A stretch of DNA of 61,867 bases, the filler included, from Sphacelaria rigidula (taxonomy: Eukaryota), in assembly GCA_964200075.2 (NCBI GenBank). It is 11 parts of 11 records of this genome, joined end to end, with 100 filler letters (N's around TTAATTAATTAA, not from the genome) between each part and the next. Parts side by side here need not be neighbours in the genome. Positions count along the whole stretch, not along the records: positions 45,069 to 50,601 come from CAXNAA020026567.1; positions 50,702 to 56,234 come from CAXNAA020026568.1; positions 56,335 to 61,867 come from CAXNAA020026569.1; 8 more parts are not named here. One strand, written 5' to 3'. This document shows, one piece after another, positions 46,245-59,649 of this stretch. The notes below the pieces were generated by a model. The model did no database searches. It was not told the DNA's origin and saw nothing but the letters and a program-made list of their open reading frames with translations. The position numbers were made by a program, and so were the translations under genes. The first letter of the stretch is position 1, and each line of letters starts with the position of its first letter.

Positions 46245-48592
46245 CTGCGGAGCCGAAAACGGGGGCAATTGACTGTTGCTTAACAGACGCAGGAGCAAAA
46301 ACACGCGGGAGACACAAGAAGACCAACACGTGCGGCCGTCAGAAGCGCGTAGCAGGCGAGAGGTAACATGGGAGCAATTGAACGATTATACATGCTACGT
46401 GAGCAAAAAACTAAAATAAGCATGCACAGAAAACCTTCCAAGAAAACACGAGACGCGCGGGCGACACACAGTCAACACGGATTGTATGTATATTAAACAT
46501 GTGTTTTTAATGTATCGAGCGTCATCGACATCTCAAACAAACAAACAAACAAACAAACGAACAAAGGAGGCTGCTGCCGGATGTATAAATAATAATAAAA
46601 TATATGTTCACGACGTTTTCTCCGCACAGCATCATAGCGCCACTTGCACTTTGAAGTTAAAAAAAATGTGTGCGGCGAATCTTGCCTACTAAAAACTCTT
46701 GACAGTAGTCCCGCGTAAAAAAAAAAGTGCATCATCAGCCAACGCCTCCGACGAGATTGTCCACTTTCATGTGCGCTATAGAACAGCAACTTTGATGCAT
46801 TGTTCAGCGCTCGCGACAGCCAGCACAAAATGAGCAGTAGAGTTCACCACTTAGGTACGTCACAGTTGACCGGCCCACTTGGTTGAAGTTTGGACACCGG
46901 AAATTCGGATATTTTGATGGGGCTGCTGTGCGTCCCCAGCGTGCGCAGAACGCTTTTGTTGTTCAAACCGGCGTCTGTTCACGTTGAAAGGCACGCCAAG
47001 AAGCTCAACCCGCCCCCAGGCCTGGGTAGGACGACTCTGAAGGGTATAGCATGGACAGCAACGCGAGGCGGAGCTACAATCCGGCCAATAATAACGTCGG
47101 GGAAGAGAAGGAACAGATGTGCTGTGGCCGTTTGCGTGAGTTCGCTGAGAGTCTCGGTGTGTAGGAAGCGGCCGAGATACAAGGGCAAGTGCAAGCACGG
47201 CTACGCGGCAGTCGTGGGGTGTGCAGTAAGCTCGAGGTGTGTGAGTTACGGGATACGGGCGTCGCGACTATCAGCGAGTACGTAACAACATCTCGAATCG
47301 CTGCCCTCTCTCGTGCATCCCGAGTGTTCTCTTTTTAGGTTTTTCATTTGCAGCTACACCTCACGGCTCCAGTGTTTTCTGAAGGTAACGTCATTTTTAT
47401 CGAGGCACCGTCTATCCTGCGGGGTCCGGACCTGCCGGGCGGGTTCAACGGTCCTGATTTCACGTACCAGAAGCACGACGAGCTTGTGAGACGTGCGAGG
47501 CACTACACTTCACACCTCGACCTCAATTCGCCGTAAAACCACATCGCGGGCACCTTCCTCCGAAATTCCCCTGGGGATGGAGGCAATTGGATCGAGGCAG
47601 GTGTGCAAAATTAAGGCGCACGGGACACACGAAGGGCGCCCGGTAGACCAGGGTTGAAGTCAGGTAGGTGCCGGGCAGGGACTGAGGTAGCACTTCCGCT
47701 CCGGTCTGCAGACTTCAGAGAATCCACACGGTACTCACCACAGCGGCGGAAGTGATAGTGGGAGATTATACTATACCAGGTCGATGTGCACACGGCACTT
47801 CTCGACGCGGACGTCGAGGAGGAGGAGGAGGAGGAGGAGGTGTATTTTACGTCAAAGATGGCGCCGGGCTACCAGACCACGCTCTGCGCTGGAATATCTA
47901 CACGGGTGCTTGTTCATGAATAATCGTTGTGGAGTTTGTTTCTTCGAGAGGGATTTTCAAGTGTCGTCGAATCTGTTGCATGATCGCTGGCTTGTTTGTT
48001 TGTTTTTCCCCCGATAACATCCCGTGTGATTTTCTTGCAGAGACAGAGAGACAGACAGAGAGACAGACAGAGACAGAGACAGAGATAGAGTTGTTTTGAA
48101 GGTACGACGACAGTCGCGTGCGATTTGTGTTATTTATAAGGGCACTTTCAAACTCAAGCATAGTATGCGCAACTCGTTCCATCAACAAGGACTCACTGCC
48201 GTTGTAGTAGGCGGGGAATTGGTCTTTGGGCTCATGGCAAACTTTGTGGAAAAAAATTACAGCAATGACAACTTTCCCGGAACACCAACGCTGATTACTC
48301 ATCAGGTATTGTGCCGCCCTAACTTCCACCGTACGAAACTCCAAATCAAGTTGGCACTTGAAGGGAGTACGTGAGGCAATTATGAGAGGGTTGGGTTGTT
48401 GGTGATCGACAACCAGGTTAAATATTAACGGGAGTATTTTGTGCAGGCGGCTTCCGTTGAGGGGGGGTGATGAGGATAGGCGTTGGTCGGCACAGGCTAT
48501 CCCGGGAATGCTCAGCGGCACAGCGCAGGTACGACGTTTCGTTCGGTGTTCATGTGGAGCAACTGCTGTCGGGTTGAAGCTGTAAAAAGAAC

Positions 48593-48788
48593 CTTATCGT
48601 GACACGTCACAAAATTCGTTACACCTCAAAAGTTAAGGCAGGCTAGTACTACGGTGGGGGACCACGTGAGGAGCCCTGATTTGACTTGATTTGGACAGGG
48701 CTCCCCGCGTGGTCCCCGGCCGTAGTGATAGCCTGACCCGACGCTCAACTCTTCACGTGTAACGAATTCTGTGACGGGTGACGATAAG
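48593..48788. repeat. Inverted pair of 5S-rRNA-derived sequences forming an imperfect hairpin of about 195 nt
   Basis: Arms are 48593-48678 and 48696-48788. Each carries 5S internal-control-like sequence (AGTTAAG...TAGTACTACGGTGGGGGACCACG.G.G.AG.CC). The spacer is ATTTGACTTGATTTGGA. Confidence 0.65.
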
Positions 48789-51361
48789 TACCCTGGATTC
48801 AATTTCCTACCTGCCCTGTGCTACTGAGCATTGCCTGAATAGTCTGTGCCAACGCTCATCTATCCCTAACAACGGCAACCGCGCGGGGTGGGATTGTTCC
48901 TCGCTTCTTACACGATGGCGACAGAGCGTAAAGACACGAGTCTGTCCGCCTGTACGGAATCGAACGGACAAGCTGATCTCGTGACTATTGTGATTTTAGA
49001 AGTATATTAGAGGGACTTTTAGGACTTGCTCTGTACTGAGGTCATGTTGCGAAAAAAGGAGTCGATTCATTTCAAGCAGCACTTGCTCCCCGGATAAATG
49101 AGGTGCCCTTGATGAAAATAAAAATATACAGTATAGAGTATGACCTTCCATCTTCCAAGGGTTTTTGTTTGCGAAGCGTTCACGGTTAGGACAAATCACG
49201 ATTCATACGAGTCCATTCCTCATGACATGGCAGGAGTCAACCTTTTTTCAACTGTTCATCCCGCATGCACCCGACAGTGAAAAACATATGCAGTACAGTC
49301 ATCTCAACCGCATACAGATCGGGAGAAACGTACGACTGATACAAGACCCCTATCATGAGAGGGTTCAACGATGTGCCGACTAATCGTCCCGCATGACTCA
49401 TGCGCATGCCATAGACGTAGATGCCATTCACGCCTCATGGCAAGTGTGGGTGGCATGTACAATCGGTTCATTCCGTATTTTTTACTGGGGATTAGTATGT
49501 GTCCATGATCCATCTCCTATGACCTGGAGGTAGGAAATAGGTACCGTTCGCGGTGTACTGCACGACACAAGAGCTCAAAAACTGTATGAATTAGAAATTA
49601 TGTACGAATCGCATGAATTATTCGTTGAAATGAGTTACATGAGTTGAATCACGACTATATTCGTCCTAACCGTGAAAGCATCCGTCACGATTCTCGAACT
49701 GTAGTAGGACGACTCCGTTGTCTCAAAGAAACAACGTTTCGATTTGGCCATCCACAGCGGGCCTAATTCATATCAAATACTTCTGTTTCCACTGCCGCGC
49801 GTGTTACCCAGCGGGATGACGACAATACCGTGAACTTCGATTCCGTGTGACGGTCCGAATTTGGGGAAACCGCTGTGACCTCCACCGCCAAAATTTTGCA
49901 ACGTCGGGAGCACACCGTCCGCCTCAATATGCATCTATCTGTAAATTGGACCTTGTTGCAAATCATCGGGACCGGCACCGGCTATACGTGTTCCTCTTTC
50001 CTTTCCTTTCCCTTCCCTTCCCTTCATTTCATTTTCCTTTCCCTTCGTCTCCCCCCATTCCCCGCCTCCTCCTTACCCCTTTTTGTATTTGTTTCCCGCT
50101 TTCTGCTTTGTTTGTATCTCGATTCTGTTTAATTTACACTAGTAATCCGTTTGTCCCGTTTTGCTTTCTTTCTTCGTCTTTTTTTTTCCTTCCTTCCTCC
50201 CGTTGGTTTCCTTCAGCCAGCGACACGCCACTCACTGCGTAAGCGAGGCAACCAGGTTACCGATTATTTTTGCGCACTTGCGTTTTTTTTACGGTAACCA
50301 TGATGGTAGTCGAGCTAGATCATGTTGTACGGTGTGGGAGAACCTCAACTCCGCTCAATGGGGATGATCGTACCACGTAGTGTTCATATGGTGAGACACC
50401 CATGAGGCAGTGTGTAAGCCGTGACTGTCTCTGGAAGTGGCGATACCGGATAATGAAGCAACTCGTTGTAGGCTGTCATCCAAATGTAAGATGATCAGTA
50501 GGCCTCGGGCCGAACAATCTCAGCTCGATGCGGCCCACCCTTCATGCGACTCGCCGAGCACACCACGGCGCTTCGCGCTTGGTGATTGACTGCGAGCCTG
50601 GNNNNNNNNNNNNNNNNNNNNNNNNNNNNNNNNNNNNNNNNNNNNTTAATTAATTAANNNNNNNNNNNNNNNNNNNNNNNNNNNNNNNNNNNNNNNNNNN
50701 NGAACCCACGACCCAACCGTCAGAAGGTTTCGAGGTTACCAACTGAGACACCGAGGCGACCGTACTACCTGTGTAGTATGAGTTGAACCTGAACTTGACA
50801 CAGTATATTTTCCGCACACGATCGTTTCTCCTGTATGAATACACGAACACCCTCAGAGTACGCTCAAGTACATGAAGAGAGCTGCTGGAGCACACGCGTG
50901 GCGATCTCCTGATCACAGGGATATGTTTACTTTGCAACATGTCACCGCGGTTCTTGCGACATGTTTGGTGCAAAGAAATTCAGTTTAGAGCCCGGGCCAG
51001 CTCTGACATGTGTACAATCTCTGGAAAGTCGCGGTTTCAATCCCCGCCGGACCTTTTTACTTTTTTCTATTTTCGTTCTTCTATTTTCTTTCTTTCCTTT
51101 CTTCTTTCTTCTTCTTCATTTCTGTTTCCTCCCTCTGTCCTCATTTTTTTTTCTTTGCTATAGTGTTTTTTTTTTCCTTTTTTCCTCTTGATGAAAGACG
51201 AGTTTGTCCAAGTTTTGTTTTTTCGGTTGAAATCCCTGGGCGTAGTTCCAAACTAGTTCGCCCTCCGCCTTTAGTTCGCTGCGTGAATCTGCCTGTTTGT
51301 TTTCAGTGGGGGCCAGATCTATATTTGCGTTTCGCACACCCTGGACAAAAAAATTACATTG

Positions 51362-51603
51362 GAGTCATCCTAAGATAGGGGGGGGGGGGTGTTTTTGGCC
51401 ATTTCTTACACGAAATTCCGAGTCAAATCGCAACGGTTGCTCGAACAAGCTTGTTATAGATACGTAACGCTCGTTCATGCCGATTGACATCGTTTTGAAC
51501 CAAATAAACGCGACCGCGAGTGTGGCAGGCGTTCTGACACACTTATAAGCCTCTTGTTTCGTGCAAGCAATCAAACACCCCCCCCCCTATCGCAGGATGA
51601 CTG
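51362..51603. mobile_element. MITE family B (TIR GAGTCATCCTACGATAGGGGG)
   Basis: Inverted termini with ATTG/TTTG flanks. A second, contig-truncated copy lies at about 22377-22436 and matches the reverse complement of 51541-51603. Confidence 0.75.
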
Positions 51604-52227
51604 TTTGGCCAAAAGAAGTGAAACGCGTACAATGTATTGTCTATTGCAATGGACGGTACATTCAATACTGTACGCAGTACACTTATTTTTGCATATATAT
51701 GCCGTCTCTTGTCCAGGGTGTGGAGTTCGGCAAACAAGTCCACACATACGTCATGATTCCGCGTTGTTTGGATGCCTAGGTATATAGTAAGTAGAAGCCG
51801 TGGGTTACCACACGCAGGAGAAATACGCACAAAAAAACAAGATACCGCACATTACCGTGGTGGCTGATTTCTGTACCAGTGACGATCAAGGTGAACATAT
51901 GATAGCTATGATCCAACAATTCCGTACACCATCATGGTGACTGGTCCCCGCACCGATGATTACCAGGGTGATCAGATACCATTCAAGCATTACCGTGTTT
52001 TACCGAGGTGGCTGGATACTTCGATAAACGCCATAAACCTCAAAAGGCGCAACGAAGGGAGCCTTGAAACTTTCGATAGGCTGTGCTGGTTTGAGAGAGA
52101 ATCGTGTTCTCCGGAAACTGTCTGTTCACGCCGTCCATGCCGAGGGTTGACTGTGGAAAATCGAAAATCATGACACGTGTGAATCGTTCCGGTAACTCAT
52201 TCTCTTTATTCTTGATGGAATCACAAG

Positions 52228-52492
52228 GAATTTTCCTACGATAGCCCCCCCCAAAACCAGCCCAAAACTTCCGCGGAGAAAACAGCCATGAAGCGCCTGA
52301 TGTTTGGTTTCAGGCTTACAGAAGCGCCTCATATGGGCGACATGGGCGAAAACAAACCGAAGCGTGGGAATTTTCAGCTGCTCGTTGTGCTCGGCGTTCT
52401 TTCACTTCGATTTTATGTGTTGATTTCGCTTCCTTGAACCAGCCACGTCGTAGGGAGGGGAGGGGCATGGGGAGGCTATCGTAGAAACTCTC
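52228..52492. mobile_element. MITE family A copy (TSD CAAG/CAAC)
   Basis: TIRs and internal sequence are homologous to the other copies. Isolated TIRs also end at 22757 and 39506. Confidence 0.8.
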
Positions 52493-52599
52493 CAACATGT
52501 GGAATGTGATTCCAACATTCTAGATGAAAATACCTCCAAATTTATCCATCCAAAAGCGAACAACTAATCGGGAAACATACTGAGAAATACTTGTATCTC

Positions 52600-53445
52600 A
52601 GGCCGCTTATGATGGCAAATAAAAATAACATTCTGGAAACTGCATTTGGAGCTTTTTGTCGTTTTACGTCCTCAAGGAGGCCGGTCGCCCCGGTGTCTCA
52701 GTTGATAACCTCGAAACCTTCTGACGGTTGCGTCGTGTGTTCAATTCTCGGAGCGATCTCGGATTCTTTCTCACACTATGCCCAACAGTAGAGAGCGGCT
52801 TTGTCGTGGGTACACAAAAAAAATCGACTCAACGGTATACGAGGGAAAGGGAATGCTGGACCCCTCTCGCGATAAAAAATAGAAAGGCGAGCACCGCAGA
52901 AGGAAGGTGCGGTACTACAAACAAAAAACATAAAAAAATCCAGTGTTGACCTTCCTCCTGTGTGACCCCGGCTAGTGCGCCCACATATACCGAAGGGTGC
53001 AGACCAGCGTCCAGAATAGATAGGACGACAACACAAAACACAGACAAAGAGGGCTCGGTGGGCTTTGGCACCTTGGAATGCCTTCCCGTGCTCGTTGAGA
53101 CGGTTCCAGCGCTCTTGTGCGCTTTGCCGCTGGCCGCAGTTTTTATGTTGCCCGGACTTGAGTTTTTCTCGGAGATCACTCATTTTTCTAGGAGACCGAT
53201 CAAGTCCAGTCCAGAACTTTTCCTGAACTTTGGTGAGCTTGAGCGGTTGCGGAGAAGCATGCAAGTTTGGGCAAGAACAACACTGCGGCCACCGAGAAAA
53301 TACACAGGTGTGCTGGAACTATCTCAACGAGTACGGGAAAGCATTTCGAGGTGTCAAAACCCACCTATCTCTCTTCGAGGGCGTAAAACGACGTAAAATC
53401 TCCAAGAATGCAGTTCTCGAGGTGCTCATTTTTGTTCACTCTAAG
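52600..53445. mobile_element. Long-inverted-repeat (foldback/MULE-like) element hosting the SINE
   Basis: 52620-52680 joined to 53045-53120 matches the reverse complement of about 53302-53435 once the SINE is removed. Confidence 0.6.
52681..53044 (+). mobile_element. Full-length tRNA-derived SINE (about 365 bp)
   Basis: tRNA-like head (GGTG[G/T]CTCAGTTG A-box, GTTC B-box), shared body, AC-rich tail and approximate TSD AAGGAGG/AAAGAGG. Other copies: about 820-1048 (+), 8358-8429 (+), 10938-11096 (+), 22762-22860 (-) and 50702-50762 (-). Confidence 0.8.
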
Positions 53446-56411
53446 AAGCGGCACCTCAACACAAAAAAACAGTCTTCAATGTTGACAATTGGGGGGGTAG
53501 GGAGGGGGGGGATTTTGAACCGTTCATACGAATATACCGAATTCATTCAAAACAATATCACACGAAAATTGAGTACGTAATTTAGAGTAATTTTCGGGGG
53601 ATATCCTTTTCAGTCTGCACTGCTGTGGTTGCCTTTGCAGCGTGCAGTTAGGGTCGTCGTACCGTGTTTGGCATCAACACAATCAGTGCAGGACATGCCG
53701 GCACTCTCGACTCGCGGTTTTGAAATTGTTCAAGGGCTGCAAGGGTTTGCGAAAAAGCCCTCTAGCTCTACATTATGAGCATCCGGCGGTTGAAAATATC
53801 GGGTTGCGCAACAAGTTGCACGACTCTTTGCATACATGGCGATATCGCAAGAGAAATGCCCTCTGCGACTAGACTAATGAAGGACTGCAATGATGCCAGT
53901 TGACTGCAAGAGGGGTTGGTATAACCTAGGTCGCCTCCGGGCAAGCGCCACGTTACCTCATATGAGGTCACACGGACCGGAAACGCGAAGACCCAGACGA
54001 AGATTGTCACGGGAGATGTGGGCAGAGCGCACACGGCTCTCCGATTGGTCGGGAAAGAAATGGTGCAAAAAATGGATGGATCAATAACTCTTGGTCGGCG
54101 ATTGACATCATCCACAGTACTCCTGGCAAAGTAATTCCTTCACCGTGGATGGCGTCATTTTCCTCACTCTCTTTTCGATAGTTAACTTTGTTGCCCATTA
54201 CCAAGTTTGCTTGTTTTAGCACGGATCGCGAAACGACACTCCCCGCCTCCCTTGTGTATGTCGACAGGAGTACGACATACTTGTCGTACTTTAAACCCCG
54301 CCCCCGGTGCTTCCTCGAGAGGAGTCCTGAGCCTTGAAGGATCTACCCACCCATATTTCCCACCTACTAGCCTTGCGTCTGCATCATCCAGCATGTAACT
54401 AGCACTGCGGCACCCCGCCGAGTGCCAAGCGTAATCCATTTCGTTTCCCCGACTCAGGCTCTCCCACGTTTCCCAACCAATATTGTACCGTGGGAACTCG
54501 ATCCTACAAGTCTAACCACACTGTAATGGCGTCGATGTACAGTAACACCACCGGGGGCAAGGCTGCTACATATTTGTTCATTTCTTGGTCTAACGTTTTG
54601 CCTCTCCCCTAACTCCTTCGGACAAGCCTGTAAACTCAAGGGATCGACCGATCTCTGCTCCGGTACCTGCCCTAACACTTCGGTATCGCGGATTGGACCA
54701 GCGTGTACAAGGAAACACTGAGATCTTACGCGCAGCGGGGAAACGCGGGCCTCTATTCAATCATCCTCGCGTGAAAAAATGTTGGAAACTAAAAAAGAGA
54801 TGTCACGAACGAATTATTTCGTGCGAGAGACTCAACACTTCCGGTACCTGTCATGGCTTGTCGTCGGCATGTCTGCATCTCTCCTGTCTCCGTCACTCCC
54901 ACCCCTCGAGATCCCGATCTTCCTCCCTCCAGCCCCATGCACCTCACGAGAGCTTCCGCCGATCGCCATGCTTGTGCCCCCGCGTCTGAACGGGGTTTTA
55001 TATCCGTCCTGTTTTGACGTTCGGTGTGGAAACGAGAAACGATTGTGTAGCGGCGCTTAGCTAGGAATCTTCATCAGGTAATGGACAAAAAATGTGATTA
55101 TTATACCCTTAAATGCTGGGATGAGTCTAGATCATAGCGTGTGAGGTATACTTTTCATTGTAGCCGAGGCTGAGTGAGTGTAGGCATATGTCAGCTCCAA
55201 AACGCGACTTTCGTTTGCCCGAAGGTCTGGCGTCTCCCTCTAATTTTTTCACATAAACCCTTTGAACAAAACGTCCATACTTTCGGTCCCTGAATTTGTC
55301 AGCGATCAGTACCGCGAGATTTCGAAGAATAGTTTTTGTGGGTGCAAATAAGAGATGTTCAAAGGACAGGGGGGCTCGGGAATAGTGTCGCGAAGAAAAA
55401 TGCGACTTGCAGTACCGTCGGGCAGAACATGTGTGTTTTACTTTTTGCGAAGAAATTCGGTCCAACCGAATAAATTTCACCCGGTTTGTCCGAGGATCGG
55501 TAGACATTCGCATCATGAAGAATATAGGAACTCTTCCAGGTGAAATATGTATGTTCCTTTCGTGCTAGACGAGGAAACCGTAGAAAGGTCCCCGAATCTA
55601 CGCTGAATAGCACGGTTACAATAATGGTTTTGAGTCTTGTGTGACGAAAATTAATAGACAACCAAGCATTTGCTAACGAATTCTTGCAGAGAGATGAAAC
55701 CAGATCACTTCGATCCAGAGCGGCATCGACAGAGTCAAAATCCAAGGAAGGTACAAATCCGGGTCCCTAAACACTGGTGAGTTCGCAACGTTTTCAAGTT
55801 TTTTCGAAACGGCAAACAAACGTCCTCTCGGCAGCAAACGTGTACCATCTTGTTTTTCTATCATCTCCGCAAGTCATGAAACATTTTCTGACGCTGATCA
55901 AACGCCGTGCTTGAAATATTGTCAACTTAGGACTCGAAATTTTCGTCCGGAAGCAACGGGAAAATGCCGAAAAAATTACCGAGAAGTCTGCTTCCCGACC
56001 CTGGCGCAACGAATTCATAATTACCGAGGGCCCTGATGTCCGCCCCCAGGGCAATGAATTTCCAGACTTGGTTGAGAAAACAAATACCAGGTCCCGACGA
56101 AAATAATTGGATGATGGAGGGAGGGGGGGGGGGGGACGACGAAAAGGAGCAAGAAATGGCCGGCCCCAGAAGAACTTCAGGTACAGATTGCACGATTGAT
56201 GATGCACTACTCAATAATCATAAGGCCGCTTCTTNNNNNNNNNNNNNNNNNNNNNNNNNNNNNNNNNNNNNNNNNNNNTTAATTAATTAANNNNNNNNNN
56301 NNNNNNNNNNNNNNNNNNNNNNNNNNNNNNNNNNGTGTTTTCGAAAAACATCAACGAGTGCACTCGTCTCGACGAGTGATGGCTCGTCCGACGTATGCAA
56401 ACTTCTCCCAC

Positions 56412-56625
56412 CAATCTGTCCTCCCTCTTTCCAACATCACCGTCACTCTTCGTAACGTTTCTCACCAGTCTCAACGTCATGAGACTACAGTACGCCAAAG
56501 GACGCGGGGGCCTCCCGTCAAGTCTGTCCTCCTTCTTTCCAACATCACCGTCACTCTTGGTAACATTTCTCACAAGTCTAAACGTCATGACACCACAGTA
56601 CACCGAAGGACGAGGTAGGCCCCCG
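56412..56625 (+). repeat. Tandem duplication of about 108 bp
   Basis: TCTGTCCTCC.TCTTTCCAACATCACCGTCACTCTT.GTAAC...CAGTAC.CC.AAGGACG occurs twice. Confidence 0.85.
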
Positions 56626-56733
56626 CGTCCGAGGCCCTTGTACAACCTACAAGTAGCCATTTTTCGAAAAAACAGCCAATCAGTGCAACACGGAGTAGAG
56701 CTCACCCACAGAGCAGTACAGCATGGTACGTAC

Positions 56734-56967
56734 CTCGAGCTTGACATCGTCAATATTCTTCACGACAAACTGCTTCATCGTGCCATCCCATACGACCACC
56801 TTCCCTTCCGGGACCATACCAGGAACATTCCCTGGCATTGACGTGCCAACCGCTGCCGTCGCCGCCGCACCCTGCTGCTCGGCTGCGACCGTTGTGAAAA
56901 TAGCGGCGGAAGACCGGGTACTGGGCATCGGAGTATTATAAGCAGTGCTGCTTTGACTATCAGCCAT
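56734..56967 (-). CDS. Probable first exon of an unknown protein
   Basis: ATG GCT start, 78 codons ending ...VVKNIDDVKLE at a GAG|GTACGT donor. Divergent from the exon at 57606. Confidence 0.5.
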
Positions 56968-57605
56968 TGATCCTACGTTGCTTCGATTACACGCGTGCGT
57001 TATGCTGTCGCTGTGGGGGCAGCAATGAGGAATGCTTTTCAGATATGGTGCGATAGAAATGTTACAGACAGCACTAGTACTTGTATTTGGTCAAGTACGA
57101 GTATAAGGACGGGACAGAGTAGTGTTCTTGAGAACATTCCCGGAACCATGCCGGAGATATGAACGTTCCTGGAACGAAGGGGCGGGTTGTAGACACGTGG
57201 AAGACTTGTGGACCACCCTGTTGTTGTTGTTGTTATTGTTGTTGTTGTGTCTTCAGATTAAAAACCCTGGTACTCACAAGTACCTCAACTACAACTACAA
57301 CGAAAATTTCAGGTAATCCGTAGATAAACAATGTAGCATATCTATAACCCCATCCCCTTGTTCTACGATCGCGAATTCCGATTTCCAGCTTGTGCCAGCA
57401 GGCACGCGCTTCTCCGCCAAATTGCAGTGCGCCATGCTGGAGACAGGCACGTGCTCGATACGCCACGATCCTTCGCTTTGTAGACCATAGGTCCGCATTC
57501 CGCCGCCCGCTCACCACCTCCTCGCTTATTACTGGCACATTGCGCCAAATACTGCACATCCAGTACAGTGAAGTACCGTATATCAAAGAAAATACTCCAA
57601 AAACA

Positions 57606-57984
57606 ATGCAACGTACTTGCCTATTCGGGACGTACTTCTTCGTTCTTGTAGGACAACACCCTACTCACGCCTTCCTGGCACGGGCGCCCCGCACCGCCGT
57701 TGCTGGGCGCGTACGAAGGTGTAGTAGTAGGATTTTTCCCAGGCTTGCAGCCACCCCGCCAAGCAATCGCGGCAGTAGTAATGGTGGTGGCACGGCAGCA
57801 GCCGCGGAAGACGGGGCAAGTGGTAGAGCAAGTTTTGGAGAGGACGCTGCTAGGATGACGCGGGCGCCCCTTAGAATAACCCCCAACATTCAGCCGCAAG
57901 ATGAGCGTCGGCCCAAGACGGACACTATGGGGGATCTAGCGGTCAAGCGTGCGTTCATGACAGATGCGAGCTTTGATATGTTCG
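57606..57984 (+). CDS. Probable first exon of a plastid-targeted protein, possibly a DEAD-box RNA helicase
   Basis: MQRTCLFGTYFFVLVGQHPTHA-FLARAPR is a signal-peptide-like segment plus AF motif, followed by an R/S/A-rich transit-like region. It ends AFMTDASFDMF at G|GTGAGC, resembling the segment before the DEAD-box Q motif (weak). Confidence 0.5.
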
Positions 57985-59649
57985 GTGAGCAGCTTGTGCA
58001 AACAGTTACATGCAGCACAATTTAGTGCAGACAGCACAGCTTCAATTTTCACAGTACTCGGATGGTCGTTGGTATTGTGTGTGAAAGTCTGCGTGAGTAA
58101 TGCATCGCTGGTCAGTTATGAGAAGAGTCAGCGGCACTCGCCGACACAGATACAGCGTAGTATTTGCACTATCATGAGTTATGGGGAAGGCTTTTGAAAT
58201 GATGTACGAGGTATCGTATTCTCGACAATATTGTTGTCAGGAAGTGCTACTTTTCTCGGATCCCCTTGTCAGTTATCCTGTCAAGTCATGTTTGTCTGCC
58301 GGCACAGTGTGTGGGTGCGGGTGTCCTTTCATGCTCGCACTTGTTGATTGCGCGCTGTGAACGTTTCACGGTTCCTCCCGAAAGTCACCATAAAAAGAGC
58401 CAGTGTACTTGTATCGATACTTGTAGAAACCAACTTGTAGTAGCGACCTTCATTGCTCACGTAGACGCGCCAGGTCTCTCGTCCCCAAGACCGAGCCCTT
58501 CAGCGATCTATGCCGTCGCATGAGCGTTTCACCTTTTCAAGTCTATCGGTGGCTTCTGCTGCACCATATGTGCAGTCGCGTAGACGCCTTCTGAGTATCC
58601 TTCAAAGTAGTACGAGTATACTGTTCTTGTACCGACCGTTTTAGCACCCGAGCTCAACTGTTCCGAGAATCTGGCTGACAGTCTCGTCAGCTTTCGGTAA
58701 CCACGGTATCGCGCGGGTGGGTGCTTCAGTAAAACGAATCTATCTCAAATTTTACTCCGACCCGAATGATTGAAGCGGGCTAGGTTACATACTTGAGGCA
58801 TTTTCTTGCTTACAAACCCAAACGCGAAAGCCGACCGGTTCCAAGTTGTGCTCGATGACAGTCCGGAGAGTTTTCCCAGGCTGAGTTTCGTCGTCATCGC
58901 TGGACGCTGGCTGGCCGTGGGGGCCTTGGCGAAAGTGATTCGAGAGAAGCTCTTGTAGCCATGGTTGCGCTACGCGGAGGCACGTAGTTTGCCTTCCATG
59001 CACTCCTCAGCTGGGAGTACTTTTAATCTGTGCTTTGGCCTCAAGATTTCACCGAGCCCTCACTACGCTCAACTCGTCCCTGCGCAGAGGACCCGTACAT
59101 CCTAACCTAACGCCTCAACTCATCGCTCTTATTGAGCACGGAGTACAGGCCAAGTGTCAACTCGTCCTTTTCCCTGGTAGAATTGGCACCGGCTATGTCC
59201 TTTTTTCAGAATTATCCGTCATTGCCTTTCGTATGATGTCCGTGAGGGCTCGGTGAAGTCTTGAGGCCACAGTACAAACTGTCAGGCTCAGTGCTTGGGC
59301 GATAGTTACTCTCTGTGCACCATTGTAGTGAGCTGGAGTGTTGCAATTAGCTACGTAGTGCGAGATTATTATCTTGTTGTGCTGTACGTGTTTGTGTCCG
59401 TTTGTTGTTGTTATTGCTGTTACTACTGTTATTGTTGTTCTTGCCCTTTTGTTTGTTGTTATTGGTGGTGGTGTTGCTTTTGTTGTCGTTGCTCACCCTT
59501 TCTTCTTTCCTTTCTTCTTTCCTTTCTGTGGCTGTTTCTTCTGTCTTCTTCTGTTTCGTTCCTTCTCCTCTTTTACTTTTTCTGTTCTTTTTTTGCTGCC
59601 CGTGACCACGGGCTGGTTTGTTGCAGTCAGCTAATGTGAGATAATCAAT

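Noticed and set aside
47348..48521. Possible exons at about 47354-47536 and 48141-48370
   Set aside because: They look coding-like, but strand, boundaries and product could not be established from sequence alone.
5535..56334. Regularly spaced TTAATTAATTAA motif every ~5633 bp as a biological array
   Set aside because: It is always embedded in N44 runs and gives stops in six frames; it is an artificial contig linker.
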